A program made the translations under genes and the position numbers. The notes below the pieces were generated by a model, which was given only the letters and a program-made list of their open reading frames with translations, was not told the origin of the DNA and searched no databases. From an uncultured delta proteobacterium (GTDB lineage Bacteria; Desulfobacterota; Binatia; UBA9968): a stretch of 64,000 nucleotides of DNA. Shown here in pieces: positions 56,535-64,000 of this stretch. The DNA is taken from positions 32,001 through 96,000 of the forward strand of contig CAWFJP010000005.1 of the NCBI GenBank assembly GCA_963816145.1. Direction: 5' to 3'. Each line of letters starts with the position of its first letter. The first letter of the stretch is position 1.

Positions 56535-57668
56535 TTAGTGCAATCGCGGCATGATCTCTTTGGTGAATAAATTGAGCGAGTTGATCACTTTCTCATGCTT
56601 CAAGCTGCCAATGTGGAACATGCCCATGAAGTGGTCGGCGCCGACTTGTTTCATCTGGTCTTGGATCTGTTTGGCGACGCTGTCGGGGTTGCCGGCGATC
56701 AGGTAACCGGATTTGACCAGGCCGTCATAATCCATCTTCGAGAAATCGAAACGCTCGCGATTGCCGTCGCGGAAGTAACTGAAAGAACGCTCGCTGGTGA
56801 GCGCAGCTTGGAGCTGCTTGTCCACGGCGTCTTTGTTGATCGCTTCATTGAAGCCGCGGTTGAAGACGGTGAAGAAATAAGCCATCGCCGCTTCAATATT
56901 GCCCCGCGCTTTTTGCTCGGTGTCGTCGATATAAATATGACGGCAGAGAATGAACTGTTCGGCTTGGGCGTCCCAGCCCGCTTCTTTGGCCTTGGTCCGG
57001 TAATAGCTAAAAGTATCTTCGATCTGGCCGGTGGTTTGGTAAACCTGGGCGCAGGGCAGATGGCGTTTGACGCACCATTCGATAGACTCGGCGCTGCGCG
57101 CGGCGATCCAGATCGGCGGGTGCGGCTGTTGCACCGGCCGCGGCCAGATGGCGCAGTCGTGCAGTTTGAAGAACTTGCCCTCGTGGCTCCACACCGGTTC
57201 GGTCCAGGCGGTCATGATCAAGTTGTAAGCTTCTTCGAAGCGGCCGCGCGACTCCTCCGGATTGACGCCGTACCAAATGTACTCCGGCGGGATGCCGCGC
57301 ACGAAGCCGGCGATCAGCCGGCCGTTACTGAGGCAGTCGATCATGGCGTACTCTTCGGCGACGCGCACCGGGTGATTGCGCAGCGGCAAGATGTTGCCGA
57401 GGACGCCGATTTTGATTTTCTTGGTTTTCTGGCTTAACGCGGATGCGATCAGATTGGGCGAGGGCATGGTGCCGTAGGCGCTGTAGTGATGCTCGTTGAA
57501 AACCACGCCGTCGAAGCCCAATTCCTCACAATAGGTCATTTCATCCAAGTGCTCGGCGTAATTCGCCGCGCCCTTGAGCGGATCGAAATAGCTGCTCGGT
57601 ACCGGCGTGCGCGGCGCGTCGGCGGGCACATGAGGATAGGCAAGCAGATCGAAATTATAAAGCTTCAC
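56535..57668 (-). CDS. LLM-class (luciferase-like) flavin-dependent monooxygenase
   Basis: FNEHH, PSPNL, HPVRVAEE..MID.LSNGRL, WPRPVQQPHPP. Confidence 0.9.
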   Translation of the reverse strand: MKLYNFDLLAYPHVPADAPRTPVPSSYFDPLKGAANYAEHLDEMTYCEELGFDGVVFNEHHYSAYGTMPSPNLIASALSQKTKKIKIGVLGNILPLRNHPVRVAEEYAMIDCLSNGRLIAGFVRGIPPEYIWYGVNPEESRGRFEEAYNLIMTAWTEPVWSHEGKFFKLHDCAIWPRPVQQPHPPIWIAARSAESIEWCVKRHLPCAQVYQTTGQIEDTFSYYRTKAKEAGWDAQAEQFILCRHIYIDDTEQKARGNIEAAMAYFFTVFNRGFNEAINKDAVDKQLQAALTSERSFSYFRDGNRERFDFSKMDYDGLVKSGYLIAGNPDSVAKQIQDQMKQVGADHFMGMFHIGSLKHEKVINSLNLFTKEIMPRLH

Positions 57669-57740
57669 GAATTAATTCTCCTTAAACAAAACTGCGCGGA
57701 TGCTAACACTCAGGCTAGAAGGGGTCAAACAAACTTGAAC

Positions 57741-57820
57741 GGATGAAGGATGAAGGCGGAAGGATGAAGTGGATGGTTTTCGTCCGAATCTACATCCTTC
57801 ATCCCTCTGCCTTCCAACTT
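57741..57820. repeat. Inverted 7-bp repeat array (GGATGAA / TTCATCC)
   Basis: GGATGAA GGATGAA GGCGGAA GGATGAA ... CATCCTTCATCCCTCTGCCTTCC. Confidence 0.8.
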
Positions 57821-58809
57821 TACTTGTAGTACCCTTCCTTGACCAGCTGGTCGACGATGCTGGTGTCGATAAAGGACGCGGCATTGGCGCCGGCGGCTTT
57901 GGGGGTGTTTTTCTTGATCGCCTCTAAAGTCGTCTTGATGGTCTCGACCTGCGGCCGGTGGCTTTTGTCGGCCCAGCGTTTGAATTGATTGTAGGCGTAC
58001 TCCGTTTCATCGCGCGGCCGGCCGAGATACTCGGACATGATTTCCAGCGTCTTGTCCTTGTTGTCGAAGTAGAACTTGGAAGCATCGGCGGTGGCACGCA
58101 TGAAGCGGACGACGTTGTCGCGGTTGGCTTTTAAGTAGGCGTTTGGGACGATTTCGCCGTTCTGCTGCCAGGGGATTCCCAATCCAGGTAACGCCAGAAG
58201 CATTTCATAACCGCGCCGTTCGGCGATCAGATCGAAGGGCGGCGCGAGGATGCCGAACTGCACCTCGCCTTTTTCCATGGCGGCGAGAATGCTGACGGGA
58301 TCGGCGCCGGAATGTTGCACGAGTTTCACGTCTTTCTCCGGGTTGATTTTGAGACGGTTCAAAGCAAAGCGCAGGGCAGTGTCGGGAATCGTCCCAAACG
58401 GCGCGCCGACATGGCCGGTTTTACCTTTGAGGTCTTCGACCTTCTTGATGCCTTTCTGCGCCATGATTTTGTACGGGAATACGTTGACCCAGGAACCGAC
58501 GAGCGTAAAGCCGGGCGCACCTTCGAGATTGGCGGTGATAAAGGCGGCCATCCCAGCGCCGGTGGCCATCTGCATTTTGTTGGCGAGCATCGCCTGCACC
58601 GCGGCGGTGGTGTTGGTCTTGATGATTTCGACGTCCAGGCCATGCTTCTTATACAGTCCCTGATTGACGGCGATGGAGAATAATCCGGCACCCGGGTTTA
58701 CGCCGGCCTGGCCGACGGTCATTTTGCGCAGGGCGTCGGCGGCCTGGCCGATGCCACCCAGGGCCAAGACAGTGAAGCAGAGCAAGACGATTTTCCCGGT
58801 CAACTTCAT
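57820..58809 (-). CDS. ABC SBP, NMT1/THI5
   Basis: GGAGG RBS before MKLTGK; GLYKKHGL, PEKDVKL, FIDTSIVDQLVKEGYYK. Confidence 0.85.
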   Translation of the reverse strand: MKLTGKIVLLCFTVLALGGIGQAADALRKMTVGQAGVNPGAGLFSIAVNQGLYKKHGLDVEIIKTNTTAAVQAMLANKMQMATGAGMAAFITANLEGAPGFTLVGSWVNVFPYKIMAQKGIKKVEDLKGKTGHVGAPFGTIPDTALRFALNRLKINPEKDVKLVQHSGADPVSILAAMEKGEVQFGILAPPFDLIAERRGYEMLLALPGLGIPWQQNGEIVPNAYLKANRDNVVRFMRATADASKFYFDNKDKTLEIMSEYLGRPRDETEYAYNQFKRWADKSHRPQVETIKTTLEAIKKNTPKAAGANAASFIDTSIVDQLVKEGYYK

Positions 58810-58832
58810 GCAATCCTCCCGAATCGAGTAGT

Positions 58833-59678
58833 TTAAGATCTTTGCGGTTTCCACTTGTCGAGACGCGTCTCGATGGCTTTGAGCGTTTCGTTCAACCCAG
58901 CGCCCAAGCCGGCGATGATGATGATGGGGACAAACATCGCGGCCATTTGAAAGCGCTGCGCCGCCACCGAGCTCAAATAGCCCAGTCCGGTGGCGGCGCC
59001 ATATTGCTCGGCGACGACGATATACACGAGCGCGCGGCCCAACGCGACGCGCATGCCCGCGACAATATAAGGCAGGGAGCCGGGCAGCGACACCTTCATG
59101 AAGATCTGGCTGTCGCGCGCGCCAAAGGCCCGCGACATCGTGATCAAGCGGTTGTCGGTGTTGGCGATGCCGACCATGGTATTAATGAGAATCGGAAACA
59201 CCGCGGCGAGCACGGTCATGATGATTTTCGATACCGCACCCAAGCCGAACATCATGATGATCAGCGGCAGCAGGGCGATCAGCGGTGTGGCGTAGATGCC
59301 GGAGAGCAGCGGATCGAAGGTCTTGTGCACCGCCCGGTACCAACCCATGGGCACGCCCATGACCACACCGAGAACCACCGAAATGGCAAAGCCGATCAAG
59401 AAATTGGTCAGACTAAACCACATATGTTCCCAGATGGAACCATTGGCGAAGAGCTCGTAGCCCTTGGCGATGATCTTGCTAAACGGCGGAAAGTAAAATG
59501 GATTGATGAGCTCAAGGCGGGTCGACAGTTCCCAGGCGAGGAAAAAGGCGATGATGCCGATGACGCCGAGCCAGTTCGAGAGCAGCTCGCGGGTGCGCTG
59601 CCACAACCGATTGGTGGTCAACGGATTCGATTCGTCGACGGAGACTAGATCGAACGCTTCTTGCTCTGGTTTCGCCGT
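58833..59678 (-). CDS. ABC permease, SsuC/TauC-type; start at ACG 59678 or TTG 59621
   Basis: FPPFSKI, PLIALLPL, SRAFGA, LPGSLPYIVAGMR, AEQYGA..GLG. Confidence 0.85.
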   Translation of the reverse strand, partial: TAKPEQEAFDLVSVDESNPLTTNRLWQRTRELLSNWLGVIGIIAFFLAWELSTRLELINPFYFPPFSKIIAKGYELFANGSIWEHMWFSLTNFLIGFAISVVLGVVMGVPMGWYRAVHKTFDPLLSGIYATPLIALLPLIIMMFGLGAVSKIIMTVLAAVFPILINTMVGIANTDNRLITMSRAFGARDSQIFMKVSLPGSLPYIVAGMRVALGRALVYIVVAEQYGAATGLGYLSSVAAQRFQMAAMFVPIIIIAGLGAGLNETLKAIETRLDKWKPQRS

Positions 59679-59707
59679 GGCGCGCTCCTTAAGGGACGGT
59701 GCGGTTG

Positions 59708-59751
59708 AATCTAGTCGCCAGGCTTAGCCCTGTCAAGCTTACTTGACAGGG
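59708..59751 (-). promoter_or_regulatory. Sigma70-like promoter with a perfect palindrome over the -35 box
   Basis: - strand TTGACA(59736)-17 nt-TAGATT(59713); CCCTGTCAAG-CTTA-CTTGACAGGG at 59728-59751. Confidence 0.55.
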
Positions 59752-59752
59752 G

Positions 59753-59840
59753 ATTACAAATTACAGATTCCAAATTCCATATATTCGGATCGGGAGGCTG
59801 CGGCCCGGTTTGGAATATGTAATCTGGAATTTGGAATTTG
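59753..59840. repeat. Inverted 7-bp repeat array (ATTCCAA / TTGGAAT)
   Basis: ATTACAA ATTACAG ATTCCAA ATTCCAT ... TTGGAAT ATGTAAT CTGGAAT TTGGAAT. Confidence 0.8.
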
Positions 59841-59860
59841 CGATGCGGCGCTTCGTGCCG

Positions 59861-60658
59861 CTACTCCCAGCGTTTCATCTTGGTGAAATCGTAATCCAGC
59901 GAACTGTCGGCTTCGAAGCGCCAGATCGCCCGGTCTTTTTTCCACTCGCCGGCGAATACCGACTTCAAAAACGACGTGATCTGATTCCACGCCGCGTCGC
60001 TCTGCAGTTGGCGGTAGCGCCCGGGCATGGTGTCGTTGAGAAAACCGTGCGGCGCGTCGGGGTAGACCCGGACGCCGAAGCTCTTCTTGGCCGCGGCCAA
60101 GACGGTAGTCATGCGCACGATGTTGTCGAGGTGGATCAGATTGTCGAGTTCGCCGAAGACCGCGGTGAGCGGGCACTGCATTTTCTCCATCAGCGATTCA
60201 ATGGACTCGGGCCGCATCGGATGAGATTTCCAGTCGGCGTCATAGACCGCGCCGTAGAGGACCACGGCTGCGGCGAGGTAATCGCGCTTGGCGCCGACCA
60301 AAATCGGTTGGCGCCCGGTTTGACAGACGCCCGACATGGCGACCCGGGTCATGTCGGCCTGCGGCACGGTGCGCAGATAGGCGATGATTGCGTCGGTGTC
60401 GGCCAGGACGATTTCGTCATCGAGGTCGCAACGGTCGTTGCCATCGGCCAGCGCCTTGCGGTCACCGGTGAAGCGAGAAAAATAGTCGGGCACGATGGTC
60501 ACATAGCCGGCTTTGACGTACTTCTCGCCCAAGTCCAAAGTGTGCTGCACGATGCCGTAGCGCTCGTGCATATGGATAATGACCGGACGTTTGCCGATAC
60601 CTTCGGGGATGCCGAGATGGGCGTCGATGCGCTTGTCGATTTCTACCGATGTGAGCAT
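59861..60658 (-). CDS. Dienelactone hydrolase family protein
   Basis: HERYG, nucleophile GVCQTG, GELD, YPDAPHGF. Confidence 0.88.
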   Translation of the reverse strand: MLTSVEIDKRIDAHLGIPEGIGKRPVIIHMHERYGIVQHTLDLGEKYVKAGYVTIVPDYFSRFTGDRKALADGNDRCDLDDEIVLADTDAIIAYLRTVPQADMTRVAMSGVCQTGRQPILVGAKRDYLAAAVVLYGAVYDADWKSHPMRPESIESLMEKMQCPLTAVFGELDNLIHLDNIVRMTTVLAAAKKSFGVRVYPDAPHGFLNDTMPGRYRQLQSDAAWNQITSFLKSVFAGEWKKDRAIWRFEADSSLDYDFTKMKRWE

Positions 60659-60822
60659 GGTCGTGTCCTTTGTTGTGTTGCTTGAAAACTTACACGTCCT
60701 AACACTGGCGGCGAGGATTTTCTAGAGCTTTTTTGCAAATCCGGGCGATTGGTAGTTTGCGAGAAATGTCGCTCACACGAAGAGCACGGCGCGGCGGTGC
60801 CGCAACCGAGGCTCGGAATATC

Positions 60823-60930
60823 TCCCGCAAAGACGCCAAGGCCGCAAAGATCGGCGAACAGGGATAAAAATAATTTGAAAGAATTATTGTTCTACTCATC
60901 CGAACTTGGCGTCTTTGCGCCTTGGCGGGA
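60823..60930. repeat. Palindromic element, family B
   Basis: TCCCGCAAAGACGCCAAGGCCGCAAAG ... ATCCGAAC-TTGGCGTCTTTGCGCCTTGGCGGGA. Confidence 0.8.
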
Positions 60931-61063
60931 AAAGTTTCCGAATCCGAGTGGCTTCAAATTCCAGGTCATTTGCGCATACCGCGCAAATTGTAAGATATAG
61001 TAATACAGGACAGGAAGGGTTCGGGCGATTGGAAAGGGTATCGGAAGATTGTTCGGCAGCCTT

Positions 61064-61639
61064 TTAGGGCAGCTTCATCAGGACATGTTGCAGGACGGCT
61101 TTGCTGAGCTCCAAGGACGACTCCGGCTTCTTCCACGCGCTGACGGCGCCGCCGACGGTATTTTTGACAAACATGATCATGGCGGATTTGTACTCCGACT
61201 TGGGGTCGGCCTGGAGCTCGACATAAAAGGCGCTGGCGCCGAGCCCATCGATGGGGTTCATGGCGATGATTTTGAACGGGGCATCCGAACTCCCCGCCAT
61301 TTTGCGGAACTGATCCATGGTCGCTTGATGAATCGCTTGCGCCGCTTCCGCCGTGGGGAAAAATCGCAAGTTGACATCGAGAAAGCGTGCGATTTCCGTG
61401 GGATCGTCGGATTTCACACCTTGCGGCAGGTAAGTGCACAGGGAGTCGTGAGTCCAGGGCGCATTGATCATGATTTTCTTGTCGATCTTGGTAACGTCGA
61501 GCGGCGCGCCGATGAACTTCTCGGCATCCGCCGCTGTAACGGTCGTACAGGCGTTGATATCGACCGGTTCCGCCGCGCGAGCGCCCAGAGGATTCGAGAG
61601 CAGGCAGATGGTTAGCATTAAGATATTCTGGATGTTCAT
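61064..61639 (-). CDS. Hypothetical secreted protein (paralogue A)
   Basis: Signal-like N-terminus; AC..DA.KF.G.PLDV, S.CTY, LDV.L.F, DP.S.YKSA, AWKKPE shared with the neighbour. Confidence 0.65.
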   Translation of the reverse strand: MNIQNILMLTICLLSNPLGARAAEPVDINACTTVTAADAEKFIGAPLDVTKIDKKIMINAPWTHDSLCTYLPQGVKSDDPTEIARFLDVNLRFFPTAEAAQAIHQATMDQFRKMAGSSDAPFKIIAMNPIDGLGASAFYVELQADPKSEYKSAMIMFVKNTVGGAVSAWKKPESSLELSKAVLQHVLMKLP

Positions 61640-61705
61640 CGGTTCGCCTTGTCGGTGTGATTTACTCGCGCTCCGCTGTGCAATTCGGGTTAAATGAATC
61701 ATCTG

Positions 61706-62293
61706 TCAAGGCAAACGGCTGAGAATAAATTTCAATACTGCCTTGCCGGTTTCCGAAGCTGGCTCGGGTTTTTTCCATGCGGCGACGCTGCCGCCGATGC
61801 GGCCTTTGTAGAAAACGATCAACGCCGATTTGTAATCACTCTGGGGATCGGTGATTGCTTCAAAGACAAACGCTTTATCGCCGAAACCGGGCAGATAATT
61901 GATCGACGGGTTTTTAAAGCGTGGATCCGGAGTGTTGGCTAATTGGGTGTAGGTGATGACGGAGTTCTCATAAATCACTGCCATGGTTTCTGGGGAATCC
62001 AAGAAGTGCAGAGTGACGTCGAGTAAGCGCGGTGAGGTGAGCGCTTTCTCCACGTCCATGCCGGGGGCGATGTAAGTGCATATTGAATTGTAGGCGCCCG
62101 GGGCGTTGTTAATCGGCACGATGGCCTGTTCCTTCACATCGAGCGGCCCGCCGACGAATTTTTGCGCGTCTTCGCGTGTGATCATACCGCAGGCGGTCGG
62201 TTGGGAGCTCTGGCTGATCTGGCCGAAAGACCGACCTGGCACAAGCCCGAGCACGACGACAACACCCATGAGTGCCACATATGATCTAATCAC
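61706..62293 (-). CDS. Hypothetical secreted protein (paralogue B)
   Basis: Colinear homologue of 61064..61639 with a signal peptide. Confidence 0.65.
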   Translation of the reverse strand: MIRSYVALMGVVVVLGLVPGRSFGQISQSSQPTACGMITREDAQKFVGGPLDVKEQAIVPINNAPGAYNSICTYIAPGMDVEKALTSPRLLDVTLHFLDSPETMAVIYENSVITYTQLANTPDPRFKNPSINYLPGFGDKAFVFEAITDPQSDYKSALIVFYKGRIGGSVAAWKKPEPASETGKAVLKFILSRLP

Positions 62294-62434
62294 GATTCAC
62301 CTCTCCGGATGCTTCAAGCTCCTGGTTGACGGAGCGGCACTGTTCGTTCTGCATCATCCCTAACAAACCGGTTGATCCTCGGCTTTAACCCGAGGGGTTC
62401 TGAATTCGTCGACTAGAAGTCGGATTTTCTCGTC

Positions 62435-62518
62435 GTCATTCCGGCGTAGGCCGGAATCCAGGCTTTCTTTGGCCTTGCAGCGTGAGCGACCATGGATGCC
62501 GGCCTGCGCCGGCATGAC
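62435..62518. repeat. Inverted REP pair, GTCAT(T/G)CCGGC-type
   Basis: GTCATTCCGGCGTAGGCCGGAATCCA ... TGGATGCCGGCCTGCGCCGGCATGAC; each unit is itself a hairpin. Confidence 0.8.
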
Positions 62519-62728
62519 ACACGTTCTCTTCGCCCCAAGGCCAGGGATTTCAACCAACTTCGAGAGAGACATTAACAAAAATTATGATCACGAAAAAGAT
62601 TTTCCAGGCGGCCGCTGGATTCGCCGCGATCAGCTACGAATTTCACGGACCGCATATTCGATCTCGTTCTTCGCCTGCGGCACTTTTACGGGAGTTTTTT
62701 CAGGCTATGTTACAAAGCCGCTGTGCTG

Positions 62729-63718
62729 TTAGCGCTTGTAGAGTTTTTCGAACAAACCTTCGTCATCCACGCGCTTGACAAAGCTTGAGTCGACGAAGTC
62801 TTCAGGTTTCAAGCCCTTTGCTTTCGGATTGCGCAGGGCGGTTTCGTCTAGAATGGTTTTGATACCGGCCAGGGTCGGATAGGGCTTTTCCGGCATCGAT
62901 TTGATGGCGATCTCCCTGTGGGTCTCTTCGAGCGCCTCGCGGTCATCGGTTTTCAGATACTTGGCGAGGATTTTGAGCGTTGTTTCCTTTTCGCGCTTAT
63001 AGAAATAAATTCCTTCGGACAGTGTACGGATCACCGACAAAACAATGTCAGGATTATTCTTGAGGTAGGGGCGCAACGCCAACATGCCGGTCAATTGAAA
63101 CGGTATGTTGAGCTCGGCCATGTCGAGCAACGTGTTCATGCCGGCTTTGCGAGCCGTGAGGGTGAACGGCGGCGTGATGATCGTCGCCTGGACATTTTTC
63201 GATTGCAGCGCGGCATAGCGCGCGGTTTGCACGCCAATTTGCAACAACGTGACATCCTTCTCGGCGTTCAAGCCGACCTTCGCCAGCGCCATCTTGACGC
63301 TCAGATCCGTCGCGCTGCCGAAGCGGCTGACGGCGATCTTTGTTCCCCTCAGTTGATCGACTTTCTTGATTTCCGGGAGCGAGATGAGGCTGTAGGGGAA
63401 TGTGTTGAGCAGACTGGCGATGACCACGATATCGACACCGGCAAGGTGGCTCACCACTGACGAGGATCCGTCCGACAGCGTCATGGCGACATCGCCGCCG
63501 AGCATCGCCTGTATGCCCAGCGATCCGCCGGTGGTGAACACCAGCGTCGGATCGAGATTGTATTTCTTGAACAAGCCGACTTCCTTGGCGACGATCAACA
63601 CCGCCTGGTAGGGGCTGGTCGCCGTGTAGGCGATGTTGATCTTGCGCAGTTGGGCATCGACGCGGACCGATATGAAAAGACTGAGCAGGATTGCTAGCTT
63701 GAAAAAATGTCTGTTCAT
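62729..63718 (-). CDS. ABC SBP, NMT1/THI5
   Basis: Signal; GLFKKYNL, SRFGSATD, PYPTLAGI, FVDSSFV..EGLF. Confidence 0.85.
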   Translation of the reverse strand: MNRHFFKLAILLSLFISVRVDAQLRKINIAYTATSPYQAVLIVAKEVGLFKKYNLDPTLVFTTGGSLGIQAMLGGDVAMTLSDGSSSVVSHLAGVDIVVIASLLNTFPYSLISLPEIKKVDQLRGTKIAVSRFGSATDLSVKMALAKVGLNAEKDVTLLQIGVQTARYAALQSKNVQATIITPPFTLTARKAGMNTLLDMAELNIPFQLTGMLALRPYLKNNPDIVLSVIRTLSEGIYFYKREKETTLKILAKYLKTDDREALEETHREIAIKSMPEKPYPTLAGIKTILDETALRNPKAKGLKPEDFVDSSFVKRVDDEGLFEKLYKR

Positions 63719-63740
63719 GGTTGGTTTTCTCGACGTTTTT

Positions 63741-63796
63741 AGTTCCTGGTCCCAAGTTTTCGGTTAACTCGAAACCAGAAACTTGGAACCAGCAAC
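63741..63796. repeat. Inverted 7-bp repeat array (GTTnCnG / AACCnG)
   Basis: AGTTCCTGGTCCCAAGTTTTCGG ... CGAAACCAGAAACTTGGAACCAGCAAC. Confidence 0.65.
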
Positions 63797-63814
63797 GGCG
63801 AGCGTCAGCGCTCG

Positions 63815-64000
63815 CTATTTTTCCGGCTCATACTGCAAACTGTCCCGGATCAGATTCGAAATGCCGCGGGCGATCGGCCGGCGGATTTCTTCGCCGACAT
63901 GTGCGAGTCCGCCCAAGGCGCGGCCGAGGATGGCGAAGCTTTTCGACATTTGCCAGTGGAAGCCCATGTCCTGCGAAATTGCGGCGATGGCGCCGGTGAC
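63815..64000 (-). CDS. 3' end of a citrate synthase-like / citryl-CoA lyase family gene (runs off the window)
   Basis: Reads VTGAIAAISQDMG...ILGRALGGLAHVGEEIRRPIA...LQYEPEK*. Confidence 0.65.
   Translation of the reverse strand, partial: VTGAIAAISQDMGFHWQMSKSFAILGRALGGLAHVGEEIRRPIARGISNLIRDSLQYEPEK

Noticed and set aside
1-64000. tRNA, rRNA, prophage or integrase genes
   Set aside because: No cloverleaf, rRNA-like or phage/recombinase motifs recognised by eye; a covariance scan was not possible.

Overview
GC-rich bacterial chromosomal segment dominated by catabolic and transport genes. It holds 7 intact NMT1/THI5(SsuA)-type ABC substrate-binding proteins plus 3 broken copies, 2 FbpA-type SBPs, 4 amidohydrolase_2 enzymes, 2 LLM oxidoreductases and an aromatic-catabolism-like cluster (gentisate-dioxygenase-like bicupin, hydroxycinnamoyl-CoA hydratase/lyase, MLE/enolase, two atypical racemase-fold paralogues, LysR). 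This gene mix resembles Candidatus Binatia/'Deltaproteobacteria' genomes (inference only). I saw no rRNA, tRNA or CRISPR array. Most notable: (1) a REP-associated tyrosine transposase with GTAG-REPs on both sides and one inside its own reading frame, and related REPs translated in frame inside host genes; (2) a dense set of more than 20 intergenic palindromes or half-palindromes built from degenerate 7-9 bp tandem repeats; (3) a patatin + tandem PGDYG-like two-gene module, a candidate defence/signalling system; (4) a cNMP-binding protein paired with a PqqD/RRE-like-domain M50 membrane protease lacking its catalytic Glu; (5) a hicAB pair ending in an attC-like site; (6) an ABC permease whose best RBS points to an ACG start. 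A cluster of single-base indels at 14.1-17.1 kb may be sequencing error. All family calls are from motif recognition by eye, with no database searches run.
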